Source of the DNA: Sedimentisphaerales bacterium
Lineage (GTDB): Bacteria; Planctomycetota; Phycisphaerae; Sedimentisphaerales; UBA12454
Assembly: GCA_016930635.1 (NCBI GenBank)
Contig: JAFGGI010000042.1
Coordinates: forward strand, 2,901 to 66,900
DNA: 64,000 nucleotides
Reading direction: 5' to 3'
This document shows positions 1 to 9,972 of this stretch, one piece after another (position 1 is the stretch's first letter; each line of letters begins with the position of its first letter). The position numbers and the translations under genes are program-made. Below the pieces are notes generated by a model that was not told the origin of the DNA, ran no database searches, and saw only the letters and a list, made by a program, of their open reading frames with translations.

Positions 1-2
1 TT

Positions 3-152
3 ACTCCGTCTTTGACAACTGCCGGAAAAATCATTATCATTATTACTATGCTTATTGGAAGACTCGGGCCGCTGACGTTGCTGGCTGTTTTGACTTTTAA
101 TATAAAGCCGGCCCGTTATAATTATCCGACAGAATCCATAGTGGTGGGATAA
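3..152 (+). CDS. 3' end of a TrkH/KtrB-family K+ transporter membrane subunit (5' end cut by window edge)
   Basis: Frame 3 is open from the window edge to TAA at 150-152. The translation ...AGKIIIIITMLIGRLGPLTLLAVL... resembles the conserved C-terminal IGRLGPLT segment of TrkH/KtrB. A KtrA-like gene lies 1 kb downstream. Confidence 0.6.
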   Translation, partial: TPSLTTAGKIIIIITMLIGRLGPLTLLAVLTFNIKPARYNYPTESIVVG

Positions 153-155
153 AAT

Positions 156-1208
156 ATGGACGAACTGCAGAATAATATACAACCCGTCATCTGGTTATCT
201 GCAATCGCAGTATTTGCAGGACTGTTCGGACACTTTGTGATACTCAGGCTCTTTACAAAAATCGCAGGCCGTACAGAAAACAAATTCGACGAATCCTTTT
301 TAAAACACTGCTCGCGCCCCCTGCTATGGCTGGCCGTATTATTGATATACCGATGGCTGCTGCCGATAATACCGTCCAGGTCTTATATCGAAAAGATAAC
401 TCAACTCCTGAGTATTCTCTTCATTATTGTTACCTCCTGGCTGCTCATCAAAGTCATATATGTCCTGGAAGACTATGTCTTCAGCAAATTCGATGTAGAC
501 GTCAAAGACAACCTTAAAGCACGTAAAGTCCGTACACAACTTGGCGTACTAAAACGCATTGCTGTTGTTATTGTCATAATCCTGGCCGTCGGAACAATGC
601 TGATGAACTTCGAAAAGGTCCGTCAACTCGGAAGCACAATCCTGGCCTCAGCCGGTATAATCGGTATAATTGTCGGTATAGCTGCCCAGCGAACTATCGG
701 TACACTCATCGCAGGCATACAGATAGCCATGACCCAGCCGATAAGGATAGATGATGTCGTAATAGTTGAAAGCGAATGGGGCCGAATAGAAGAAATAACA
801 CTGACTTATGTCGTTGTCAAAATATGGGATATGCGACGATTGATCGTCCCTATAACTTACTTCATCGAAAAGCCCTTCCAGAACTGGACCCGTACATCAG
901 CCGACATCCTGGGCACCGTCTTTGTTTATGTCGACCATACTGTACCGGTAGAAGAAATAAGGAAACAGCTTCAGGAAATTCTGCAAAAATCCGAACTCTG
1001 GGACGGCAAAGTCTGCATCCTTCAGGTAACAAATACAACAGAAAAAACCGTAGAACTAAGGGCTTTAACCAGCGCACCCGATGCGTCAACAGCATGGAAT
1101 CTCAGATGTCATATCAGAGAAAAACTTGTGGAATTCATACGCACAAATTATCCTGATACCTTACCTAAAACTCGAGTCCTTTTTGAAAAACCTCTGGAAA
1201 CTAAATAA
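156..1208 (+). CDS. small-conductance mechanosensitive channel (MscS family)
   Basis: 350-aa ORF with N-terminal TM helices. It carries the MscS core ...GTLIAGIQIAMTQPIRIDDVVIVESEWGRIEEITLTYVVVKIWDMRRLIVPITYFIEKPFQNWT. Confidence 0.85.
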   Translation: MDELQNNIQPVIWLSAIAVFAGLFGHFVILRLFTKIAGRTENKFDESFLKHCSRPLLWLAVLLIYRWLLPIIPSRSYIEKITQLLSILFIIVTSWLLIKVIYVLEDYVFSKFDVDVKDNLKARKVRTQLGVLKRIAVVIVIILAVGTMLMNFEKVRQLGSTILASAGIIGIIVGIAAQRTIGTLIAGIQIAMTQPIRIDDVVIVESEWGRIEEITLTYVVVKIWDMRRLIVPITYFIEKPFQNWTRTSADILGTVFVYVDHTVPVEEIRKQLQEILQKSELWDGKVCILQVTNTTEKTVELRALTSAPDASTAWNLRCHIREKLVEFIRTNYPDTLPKTRVLFEKPLETK

Positions 1209-1230
1209 ATAATTTTAAAGAAAGAAAAAA

Positions 1231-1914
1231 ATGAGAAAGTTTGCTGTAATAGGTCTTGGCCGTTTCGGTCAAAAGCTCTCCACCACTCTTACTATGAGTG
1301 AGGCCGAGGTGATTGCTATTGACCAGAATCGTGAAATAGTCGAACAAATACGTGACCAGGTAACACACGCCGTCAGACTCGACAGTACCGATGAAGATGC
1401 CCTGCGCGCCCAGGGAATCGACAAAGTAGATGTCGCCATCGTCGGCATAGGCCAGAGAGGCCGCGGCTTTGAATCAGCTATCCTGACAGTTGTAAATCTA
1501 AAGGCAATGGGCCTGAAACTCGTCTATGCCCGCGCCGAAAGCCTTATTCAGGGCCAGGTCCTCGCAAAAGTCGGCGCCACAGAAGTCATTTATCCCGAAA
1601 TCGAATCCGCTCAGCGATGGGCCTATAAACTTATCACACCGCATATAACTGACAAGATCGATTTCGCCCCGGGTTATTCGATCGCAAGTCTTATCGCACC
1701 TGCAAGCTTCCATGAAAAAACCGTCCTCGACCTCCAGCTCAGGCAGAAATACCGCGTTAACCTCGTCTCGATAAAAAGAGGTGAAAAAGTAGAAGATGCA
1801 AAACAAAAAGGTGAAATAATAAACGTCCCCCTACCCGATACTATTATTTATGAAAGTGATATCCTGATGGTCGCAGGTTCCGACACCGACCTCGCAAAAC
1901 TGCCGCAGGAATAA
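1231..1914 (+). CDS. ktrA: K+ uptake regulatory subunit, TrkA-N plus TrkA-C (RCK) domains
   Basis: 227 aa. It has an N-terminal Rossmann motif VIGLGRFGQ and a C-terminal RCK_C-like segment (KTVLDLQLRQKYRVNLVSIKRG). The context includes the ktrB-like fragment at the window start. Confidence 0.8.
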   Translation: MRKFAVIGLGRFGQKLSTTLTMSEAEVIAIDQNREIVEQIRDQVTHAVRLDSTDEDALRAQGIDKVDVAIVGIGQRGRGFESAILTVVNLKAMGLKLVYARAESLIQGQVLAKVGATEVIYPEIESAQRWAYKLITPHITDKIDFAPGYSIASLIAPASFHEKTVLDLQLRQKYRVNLVSIKRGEKVEDAKQKGEIINVPLPDTIIYESDILMVAGSDTDLAKLPQE

Positions 1915-1917
1915 CTG

Positions 1918-2925
1918 TTACAAACGTCTGAATTTTCTCAGCGCCTCGAGCATATTTTCAAAATCGCTCGGCACAGGCGCTTCAAATTTCATCCTTTCTT
2001 CCGTAACAGGATGTGTTATCTCAAGATGCCACGCATGAAGCGCAGGCCTTGCAATTAACGGCTCCTGCGGTACTGCCTCTTTGTCCTCGATCTGCCAGCG
2101 GTAAACAATTTTGCCCCCGTACATATCATCGCCCACTATAGAATGCTTTATAAAAGACATATGAACGCGTATCTGATGTGTCCTGCCCGTTCTGATATCC
2201 AGCTTGACCAGTGAATAACCCCTGAACTTTTCAAGAACCTCATAATATGTAATAGCCTCTTTACCGTTTTCATAACGTACCGCAAATTTTTCCCGTATCG
2301 TCGGATGAACCGCCAAAGGCTTATTGATACAATCAGCATCAAGCTCAGGTGTCCCATGTACGATGGCAAGATAATATTTTTTAACCTGCCTTCTTTCAAA
2401 CTGTCTCGCTAATCGCCAGTGCGCGGTATCATTCTTGGCAACAACTAAAGCTCCTGTAGTATTGCGGTCCAGCCGGTGAACTATCCCGGGACGAAACTCC
2501 TCGCTGCCCTTCGAAAGCTGCTTGGCATGATACACAAGACCGTTAACAAGAGTACCTTTCTTATAACCCCGGGCAGGATGAACTATCATATCCGCCTGCT
2601 TATTAATAACAAGTATATCATCATCCTCATAAAGAATATCCAGCGGAATATTTTCCGGAAGAATCTCCTTTGTCTCCGGCGGCGGCAATATCAAATCGAC
2701 AATATCGCCCGGCGAAAGCTGAGTGCTCGGCTTAACGATTTTCTGATTAACCGTTACAACCTGTTCGTTTATAAGTTTCTGAAGCATCGTCCTGCTGAAT
2801 TGACTCAATCTGCCCTGCAGATACCTGTCAAGCCTGCGATGTTTCAGATTATCCCCGACACGTAAGGAAAGATGCTCCCCTCCTTCAGATTCCGATAGTA
2901 ATTCTTGGTCTTTTTCTTCGCCCAC
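1918..2925 (-). CDS. rluD: 23S rRNA pseudouridine synthase, RluA/RluD family with N-terminal S4 domain
   Basis: 335 aa with the catalytic motif HRLDRNTTGALVVAKN, the conserved GRTHQIRVH and an S4-like N terminus. Confidence 0.85.
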   Translation of the reverse strand: MGEEKDQELLSESEGGEHLSLRVGDNLKHRRLDRYLQGRLSQFSRTMLQKLINEQVVTVNQKIVKPSTQLSPGDIVDLILPPPETKEILPENIPLDILYEDDDILVINKQADMIVHPARGYKKGTLVNGLVYHAKQLSKGSEEFRPGIVHRLDRNTTGALVVAKNDTAHWRLARQFERRQVKKYYLAIVHGTPELDADCINKPLAVHPTIREKFAVRYENGKEAITYYEVLEKFRGYSLVKLDIRTGRTHQIRVHMSFIKHSIVGDDMYGGKIVYRWQIEDKEAVPQEPLIARPALHAWHLEITHPVTEERMKFEAPVPSDFENMLEALRKFRRL

Positions 2926-2928
2926 AGG

Positions 2929-3717
2929 TTATTGAGTTGAATTAAAATCTAAATCTTTTTGGCCTGCCATATCATCTATCGTCACCGGCGCTTCCAGCGA
3001 AAGTGACCTGGGAGGTGTTATATTCACTTGCGGCTCAGACGCTGCCTGGACGAAAAGCACTTTTCCCTTATTGTCCTCTATAGTCTTAAGGCGAAGCTTT
3101 GCCCGCTTAATAAATGAACTGCCCTCATATTCAGTCGTGGAAATAATCTTATTATAAAGAGCCTCAGCGCCCGCAAAATTGCCCATATCTTCAAGACATA
3201 ACGCCATACCATATTCAGCCATGGCTGCTATTACAGGCTGGCCCTGGGCTTTTCCAAGGGCCGCAGCATACATCTGCCTGGTATTATCCAGAAGCTGCTT
3301 TTGTACATCCGGATTTGCAACTTCGGTCTGATAGTGAAGTTTGCTGCGCAAAGCCTCTGCCCTCTTGATCATTGCAAGAGCAGAAAGAGATGGATTTTCA
3401 GCATCAATGGCAACCTGACCCAACCTGTCCGCTATATCAACAAGACTCTCGGAAACATCCGTACCCTGCATATCTCTGCGCAGAATAGATTCACGATGAA
3501 CATCAAGCAATTCAATTGTCTCTGTAGCTATAGCATCCTTTTGTGATTCAAACCTGTTTTGTCTGCTGTAGAAGAATATCGTATAAGCAATAAGGCCGAC
3601 AACTATGATCGCCGCTGCTATCACAGTCGTCATATTTTCCTTGAACCACTCCGGAAAATTCACCACCCAGTCTGCCAATTCATTCGTTGCCAATTCATGA
3701 CGACGCTCTGATTTCAT
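2929..3717 (-). CDS. membrane-anchored TPR-like protein (YfgM-like architecture)
   Basis: 262 aa with an N-terminal HELATNELADW segment, one TM helix, then an Ala/Leu-rich helical-repeat region. There is no catalytic motif. Confidence 0.45.
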   Translation of the reverse strand: MKSERRHELATNELADWVVNFPEWFKENMTTVIAAAIIVVGLIAYTIFFYSRQNRFESQKDAIATETIELLDVHRESILRRDMQGTDVSESLVDIADRLGQVAIDAENPSLSALAMIKRAEALRSKLHYQTEVANPDVQKQLLDNTRQMYAAALGKAQGQPVIAAMAEYGMALCLEDMGNFAGAEALYNKIISTTEYEGSSFIKRAKLRLKTIEDNKGKVLFVQAASEPQVNITPPRSLSLEAPVTIDDMAGQKDLDFNSTQ

Positions 3718-3878
3718 CGTTTACCTCTCTTTTTTCATTACTTCTTGAATTATAATCTCTTAACGAACAGGGCCGATTATAGTCTTTTGCCTTTTAGCTT
3801 GCAATATCTCTTTTACATCACTAAAATTCTTGCATCGCCGGTTAAAAAAATAAAACACGCTTACAGGGAAGATTTTTA

Positions 3879-5702
3879 ATGTGTACTAAACGCATAAGTC
3901 CTTTAAAGACAACATGTTATCTGCCAGCTTCAATCCTCGCTATTCTTTGTATCTCATTCCTGGCCCAACCGTGTTCGGCTAAAATCGACAAAACCAGGTA
4001 TATAACTATTGATGAGATTTCCCCCCAAATGGACGCCGTATGCCTGACTATATATAAAGGTGTAGAGATTGAAAAATTCAATATGAAAGTCGTCGATGTC
4101 GTCAGGGACATTTCACCAGGCAGGGATGCCATCCTTGTTATGGGCACCGATGAACGCTTTATCCACACCGGACCGGTCGCAGGATGCAGCGGCTCTCCGG
4201 TATATATAGACAACAGGCTCGCAGGAGCGCTGGCCTTCGGATGGCCTTACAGCAAAGACCCCCTTTACGGCATTACACCAATAGCTGAAATGCTCCAGGC
4301 AGGCCAATATGACCCTGAACAAAAAACATCCATTTCACCAAAACTGGATTTCTCCAGTCCGATCGACCTGGCAAAAGCTTACCAACAAACAATAAACCAC
4401 GTAAAGCTTGCCGCTCCTGAAAACGGACCAATGACTATGCTCCCATGTCCATTGGCTACCTCTCTGCCGCAAAACTCATTCAAGGAGTTTGAAGATATAT
4501 TTGAATCACTCGGTTTTTTACCTGTATCTGTCCCGGCCGGTACCTCTGACAGACTCTCCGAATATGCCGATACCCCGATCGAGCCGGGCAGTTTGATCAC
4601 TCTGCCGCTCGTTTATGGGGACATAGATTTATCTGCTGCCGGTACAATCACCGAAGTTATAGGAGATAAAGTTTACGGCTTTGGTCACAGCTTCGTCGGT
4701 TACGGACCCGTTGAATTTCCGATGGGAAAAGGATATGTACACACGATTGTAGCAAGAATTACCAGGTCGTTCAAATTCAGCCAGACAATTGATATTGTAG
4801 GAACCGTATATGCCGACCAGTCAACTGCCATCGTCGGCCAGATCGGCAAAAAAGCCAAAATGATTCCCATGCGATTGAAAACAGAAAGATTCAATGATGT
4901 AAAAGAACGCCTTTACGATTGTCAGATCGTATCGGATCGATATTTCACCCCTCTGCTGGCCGGAATGTGCCTCGAAGCAGTCTCAACAATGCTCGGCAAC
5001 CTTCCAATGGACCACTCTATACAATATAAAATACATCTCGGTATAAAGGGATATGATGACATAACTTTTGAAAATTTCTCGAGCGCCATATATCTTAAAG
5101 AATGTCTGATGGACGCCACAGGAGCTTTAGCGCTCATTATGAATAATCCATATGACAAATGCGAAATAACCTCGCTTGATTTCGAAGTAAAGATAATGCC
5201 GAAAACAGAAGTCTCACACATATGGAGCTTCGATCTTTCGGATACCACTGTAAAACCAGGCCAGACAATAAATGCTATCGTAACACTCGAGTCTTACCTT
5301 ACAGGTCACAAAGACTATAAAACACAGCTGACTATCCCGGATAATACACCGCCGGGGACATACAAACTCCTGCTTACGGGCATAAGAAACTATAGAAACT
5401 TCATAATGAAAACCGCACCATATAAATATACACCTGAAAATCTGCCCAGCCTGATAAATATTATAAATGATATCGCAAACACAAAAAGAAATCAGATGTA
5501 CATGATTCTCGAGCTGCCGGACGAAGGTATTACTATCGAAACTGCGCAGCTGCCGGACCTGCCGCTCAGCAAAGCAATGCTGCTCAAAGACAAAAAACGC
5601 TCGATAACCACAAAACCTGCTGCTCAATGGCTTGAAAAAACCATACCAACCGATTCCATCATAATTGACAGCAGATATATAAATATAACGGTAGAAGAAT
5701 AA
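3879..5702 (+). CDS. secreted peptidase S55 (SpoIVB-like) domain protein
   Basis: 607 aa with a signal-like N terminus. It has a chymotrypsin-style GCSGSPVY motif and a SpoIVB-like AAGTITEVIGDKVYGFGHSF segment. Confidence 0.6.
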   Translation: MCTKRISPLKTTCYLPASILAILCISFLAQPCSAKIDKTRYITIDEISPQMDAVCLTIYKGVEIEKFNMKVVDVVRDISPGRDAILVMGTDERFIHTGPVAGCSGSPVYIDNRLAGALAFGWPYSKDPLYGITPIAEMLQAGQYDPEQKTSISPKLDFSSPIDLAKAYQQTINHVKLAAPENGPMTMLPCPLATSLPQNSFKEFEDIFESLGFLPVSVPAGTSDRLSEYADTPIEPGSLITLPLVYGDIDLSAAGTITEVIGDKVYGFGHSFVGYGPVEFPMGKGYVHTIVARITRSFKFSQTIDIVGTVYADQSTAIVGQIGKKAKMIPMRLKTERFNDVKERLYDCQIVSDRYFTPLLAGMCLEAVSTMLGNLPMDHSIQYKIHLGIKGYDDITFENFSSAIYLKECLMDATGALALIMNNPYDKCEITSLDFEVKIMPKTEVSHIWSFDLSDTTVKPGQTINAIVTLESYLTGHKDYKTQLTIPDNTPPGTYKLLLTGIRNYRNFIMKTAPYKYTPENLPSLINIINDIANTKRNQMYMILELPDEGITIETAQLPDLPLSKAMLLKDKKRSITTKPAAQWLEKTIPTDSIIIDSRYINITVEE

Positions 5703-5726
5703 CAAATTTGAAAAATGAGGCTGATT

Positions 5727-7952
5727 ATGAAAAAGCTGTTTTTTACTCTTATAATTCTAACTGTCGCCGTTAATTGTCTCGCCGTTACAAGCAGGATCAT
5801 CAGGCATAAATCCGCAAATGATTTTTCTGATGGCAAAACGAAAGATACCGTCGTAAATTCCCGAGGTAATATCACCCTCGCCTGGGCAACTCAGGTATTA
5901 GCCCAGGATTTCAATAATGTCTGGATAATAAATTCAATCATAAAAGGCGATGACGGTACTGTATATCTCGGCACAAGTCCCAACGGAAAAATATATACCT
6001 ATAAAGATGAAAAAACCAACTGCATCTATCCCGTTCAAAACCAGAAGATAGAAACAGAAGAACCTGACGACCCAAATGATCCCAACGCACCAAAACCCGG
6101 CCCCGCTCAAAAGCACCTTCAAAATCTCCACGTCTTCAAACTCGCCTTCGACTCCTACGGCAGACCCATGGCAGGCATAAGCGGAGACAAAGCCGGCCTT
6201 GTACGATTTAATGGAAGAGAATTTGAAACACTCTTCGAGCCTGAACCGAATGATGCTTCATACATTTTTGCTGTCGAACTCGACAACGCCGGCAACATCT
6301 TTCTGGGTACTGGTCCAAAAGGCAATATCTGGCAGCTCGACAAAAAAGGAACCAACCCGACACTCATTTATACATGTAAGGACAAAAACGTCCTCTGCCT
6401 TGCTATGGGCAATGACGGTTTCTTATATGCAGGCACGGACACCAGAGGCCTCGTCTATAAGGTCGACCCTAAGAAAAAAACCGCTTCTATACTTTATGAC
6501 AGCGATGAAGACGAAATAACCGATCTTGTCTTCGACGATAAAGGCCAACTCTACGCCGCCGCCACTTCATATAAATCGATTAAAGCTCAGTTGAAAAAAA
6601 CCGATTTTACTCCAGCAGTATTTTCTGCCGGCAGACCCGAAAGTGAAGATGACACCGAAGAATCCGAAAGCAAAACAACCTCAGTTACAATTCCTAACAG
6701 CGGCTCAGAAGACCAGCCCAAAGAGACTCCCAAACCGCCGGACAGTCTTAAAAGAGGCCGACAGTCTTCTGCCAGTCAAATATACAAAATAGACCCAAAC
6801 GGTTTCGTAACAAAAGTCTTTAGCCAAAGCGCTGTCTTTTTCGCCCTGTATATACATAAGGATGATATCCTTCTCGGAACAGGGAACGAAGCACAAATGT
6901 TCAGCATTAATCCTCAAACCGAAATAGAAACTCTTATTTATGAAGACGAATCCGCCTCACAGATAACCGACATAATATCAGCAGATAAAGATGTATACTT
7001 CTGTACCGCAAACCCGGCTAAACTCATACTGCTCAAATCAAATTACGCCGACAGCGGCACATTCGAATCGACACTTATCGACGCAGGCCAGCCCGCACAA
7101 TGGGGTAAACTCCAGCTTGATGCTGATATACCTGATAAAACCAAAATAATGCTATCCGCAAGAAGCGGAAATGTTGACGACGTCAACGACCAGACATTTT
7201 CCAACTGGACCGAACCTGTAAAAATAACAACCCCCATCGACCTGACCGTACCGCTTGGAAGATTCTGCCAGTACAAACTCACCCTCGAAGGCAGCCAGGA
7301 CAAAACACCTTTCATACGCGAAGTCGCTGCAGCTTTTGCAATACCAAATCTCGCTCCAAAAGTAATTACGGTAACTGTAGAGAGAAAAAACAAAAAAGCA
7401 GACCCCGGCATCTTCAAGATCGACTTCTATGCCGAGGATAAAAATGCCGATAAACTCACATATAAAATAGAATTCAGAAAAACCGGACGCACAGGCTGGA
7501 TTGAACTGGAAGACGAACTTGACAAGGAAAACTTCGAATGGGACAGCAAGACCGTTGAGGATGGCAGCTATGAAATAAAAGTTACCGCCTCGGATGAACT
7601 TGGCAACTCGCAAGACACAAAACTGACAGGTTCAAGAATAAGCGACCCCGTAATAGTCGACAATACCCCGCCTGTCGTTGACAAACATAAACTGCAAACC
7701 TCCGATGACAAAGCCGTATTGGAACTGAAAGTAAAAGACATCTACAGCGTTGTTGACAGCTTAAGCTATTCGGTTGACAGTAATGAAAAATGGGTCTCCG
7801 CCCTGCCGCAGGATAATATCTTCGATACCCTCGAGGAAGACTTTACTATAACAGTAACAGATTTAAAGCCGGGCCCTCACGTCCTGGCCGTGAAAATAGC
7901 CGATGCTGAAAATAACACAATGTACAAAACTTTTGATATCGATATAAAATGA
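5727..7952 (+). CDS. secreted beta-propeller repeat protein with C-terminal Ig-like domains
   Basis: Signal peptide MKKLFFTLIILTVAVNCLA. Blade-like motifs recur (DGTVYLGTSPNGKIYTY, GNIFLGTGPKGNIWQLD, DGFLYAGTDTRGLVYKVD, DDILLGTGNEAQMFSIN). The C-terminal segments are Ig-like. GAGG lies 6 nt upstream of the ATG at 5727; an alternative ATG is at 5715. Confidence 0.6.
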   Translation: MKKLFFTLIILTVAVNCLAVTSRIIRHKSANDFSDGKTKDTVVNSRGNITLAWATQVLAQDFNNVWIINSIIKGDDGTVYLGTSPNGKIYTYKDEKTNCIYPVQNQKIETEEPDDPNDPNAPKPGPAQKHLQNLHVFKLAFDSYGRPMAGISGDKAGLVRFNGREFETLFEPEPNDASYIFAVELDNAGNIFLGTGPKGNIWQLDKKGTNPTLIYTCKDKNVLCLAMGNDGFLYAGTDTRGLVYKVDPKKKTASILYDSDEDEITDLVFDDKGQLYAAATSYKSIKAQLKKTDFTPAVFSAGRPESEDDTEESESKTTSVTIPNSGSEDQPKETPKPPDSLKRGRQSSASQIYKIDPNGFVTKVFSQSAVFFALYIHKDDILLGTGNEAQMFSINPQTEIETLIYEDESASQITDIISADKDVYFCTANPAKLILLKSNYADSGTFESTLIDAGQPAQWGKLQLDADIPDKTKIMLSARSGNVDDVNDQTFSNWTEPVKITTPIDLTVPLGRFCQYKLTLEGSQDKTPFIREVAAAFAIPNLAPKVITVTVERKNKKADPGIFKIDFYAEDKNADKLTYKIEFRKTGRTGWIELEDELDKENFEWDSKTVEDGSYEIKVTASDELGNSQDTKLTGSRISDPVIVDNTPPVVDKHKLQTSDDKAVLELKVKDIYSVVDSLSYSVDSNEKWVSALPQDNIFDTLEEDFTITVTDLKPGPHVLAVKIADAENNTMYKTFDIDIK

Positions 7953-8806
7953 ATATGAGGACTGTAAAATCGGAACAAATTGCCTCAGCCGTTGAAAAAC
8001 TTTGCATCCAAAGCTGTCTCGACCTGCCGAAGGATGTCCTTGATGCCCTTCAAAAAGCAGAAAAAAAAGAGTCGCTTGATTCTGCAAAAAAAATATTAAA
8101 TCAGCTCATCGAAAACGCAAAAATAGCAAAAGAACAAAAACTGCCCATCTGCCAGGACACCGGCCTTGCTGTCGTTTTTCTCCGGATAGGAAGCCAGGTA
8201 AAAATTGAACCGCAAGACCAGACTATTTCTGACGCTATCAACAAGGGCGTGGAAAATGGCTACGAAAAGGGTAACTTGAGAAAAAGCGTCGTCGCAGAAC
8301 CTTTAAACGCAAGAAAAAATACCCAAACAAACACCCCTGCTGTGATTCACACTGAAATTATCCCGGGTGACAAGATACACATAACCGTAATGGCCAAGGG
8401 CGGCGGCTGTGAGAACAAAAGCCGGTTCAAAATGTTCCTGCCTACTGATGACAGGGAAAAGATTATTGATTGGGTCACACAAACAGCCGCACAGGCCGGG
8501 GCAAATGCCTGTCCGCCTTTTGTTATCGGCGTCGGCATAGGCGGCGACTTCGAACAGTGCTGCCTGCTGAGCAAAAAAGCCCTCCTGCGAAATCTGAACT
8601 CACAAAACACCGACCCCTTCTACGGGCAAATGGAAAAAGATATCCTGCAGAAGATAAACTCGCTCGGCATAGGCCCGTCAGGTCTGGGCGGAGACACAAC
8701 TGCTCTTGCAGTTTCAATAGAAACCGCTCCCTGTCATATCGCCTCGCTTCCCGTCGCAGTTAATATCGAATGTCACGCTCATCGTCATAGTTCCATTGAA
8801 ATATGA
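7949..8806 (+). CDS. Fe-S type (class I) fumarate/tartrate hydro-lyase, alpha subunit only
   Basis: 285 aa with the LPICQDTGLAVVF motif typical of FumA/TtdA N-terminal domains. Its ATG overlaps the upstream stop (ATGA). Confidence 0.75.
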   Translation: MNMRTVKSEQIASAVEKLCIQSCLDLPKDVLDALQKAEKKESLDSAKKILNQLIENAKIAKEQKLPICQDTGLAVVFLRIGSQVKIEPQDQTISDAINKGVENGYEKGNLRKSVVAEPLNARKNTQTNTPAVIHTEIIPGDKIHITVMAKGGGCENKSRFKMFLPTDDREKIIDWVTQTAAQAGANACPPFVIGVGIGGDFEQCCLLSKKALLRNLNSQNTDPFYGQMEKDILQKINSLGIGPSGLGGDTTALAVSIETAPCHIASLPVAVNIECHAHRHSSIEI

Positions 8807-9930
8807 CAGGCAAAGAACGCATCCTGACTCTATTAAAAGGCCAAAAGCCCGACAGGATCCCCCTCGGTTTTTACGTGGTCGATTGTGACATCGTTTCAAA
8901 AGTAATCGGCAGAGAAACCTTTGTCCGCAATAAAGTCGCCCAGCAAATCGCCCTCTGGCAGAACCGCCGGGACGAAATAGTCGAAAGCCTTAAAAAAGAT
9001 GTTGTCGATTTCTATCGCAAAATAGAACTGTGCGACATAATAACCCATAAAGAATCCATCCTGCCGTCAAAAAATAAAAAATGGCCCGGCGCCGAACAAA
9101 TAGACAATTCCACATGGAAAGACCGGCAAGGCAGAATATACAAATTATCCCACACAGGCGATGAACTCATCTGCACCGATGAGACAACACCTCAAAAACC
9201 ATATCGCCCGGAAAATTTCCCTGAAGAGATAGACCCGGCATATTTCGACCAAACCTGCTACGATGCGTTTAATACTGTAATAGATGAATTCTGCGACAGC
9301 CGATTTGTCCTTGCACCGGGCTATCTATACGCAATGCCGCTGCCCGGAGGAATGGAAAAAGGACTCGCCGAATACATCGCAAATCCACAACTCGTGAAAA
9401 CCACCGGCAAAAAATATTTAGCACAGGACAATGCCCTGTCTGAAAAAATTTTCCGCCCAGGCCTTTTGGGCGCTATGCTCGGCGAAGATTACGGCACAAC
9501 CCGTGCGCCTTTAATTTCACCGCAAATGTTTGCTGAATTCTGCCTGCCGCTCTTAAAAGAACGCTGCCGAAACATCAGAAAATACACAGATTTCATATTC
9601 CTTCACAGCTGCGGCAATACCGAACCGTTAATCAATATGTTCATCGAAGCAGGAATCAACTGCCTGCAATCATTACAGGCAAAAGCAGGCATGGACATCG
9701 CCAAATTGCACGAAAAATACAATAACAAAATGATCTTCTGGGGCGGGATATCTGCCGAAATCCTCCTGCACAGCTCGCCCGGCGATGTTCGAAAAAACGT
9801 CAGAGACGCCTGTCAAAAAGCAAAAAAAGGAGGCATAATCTTAGGCCCAAGCCATTCAATAACCTACGGCATACCATACGACAACTTTATGACGATGCTC
9901 GATGAGTTTGAAAAAAATTGTCAATACTAA
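8803..9930 (+). CDS. uroporphyrinogen decarboxylase (URO-D)/MtaA-like family protein
   Basis: 375 aa with a URO-D-like N terminus (ERILTLLKGQKPDRIPLG) and a C-terminal LHSCGNTEPLINMFIEAGINCLQ segment. Its start overlaps the fumarase-alpha stop. Confidence 0.6.
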   Translation: MTGKERILTLLKGQKPDRIPLGFYVVDCDIVSKVIGRETFVRNKVAQQIALWQNRRDEIVESLKKDVVDFYRKIELCDIITHKESILPSKNKKWPGAEQIDNSTWKDRQGRIYKLSHTGDELICTDETTPQKPYRPENFPEEIDPAYFDQTCYDAFNTVIDEFCDSRFVLAPGYLYAMPLPGGMEKGLAEYIANPQLVKTTGKKYLAQDNALSEKIFRPGLLGAMLGEDYGTTRAPLISPQMFAEFCLPLLKERCRNIRKYTDFIFLHSCGNTEPLINMFIEAGINCLQSLQAKAGMDIAKLHEKYNNKMIFWGGISAEILLHSSPGDVRKNVRDACQKAKKGGIILGPSHSITYGIPYDNFMTMLDEFEKNCQY

Positions 9931-9972
9931 GTGTTTAGCCGTCGCCGGCACGGCGATGCCTTTAGATGTTTT

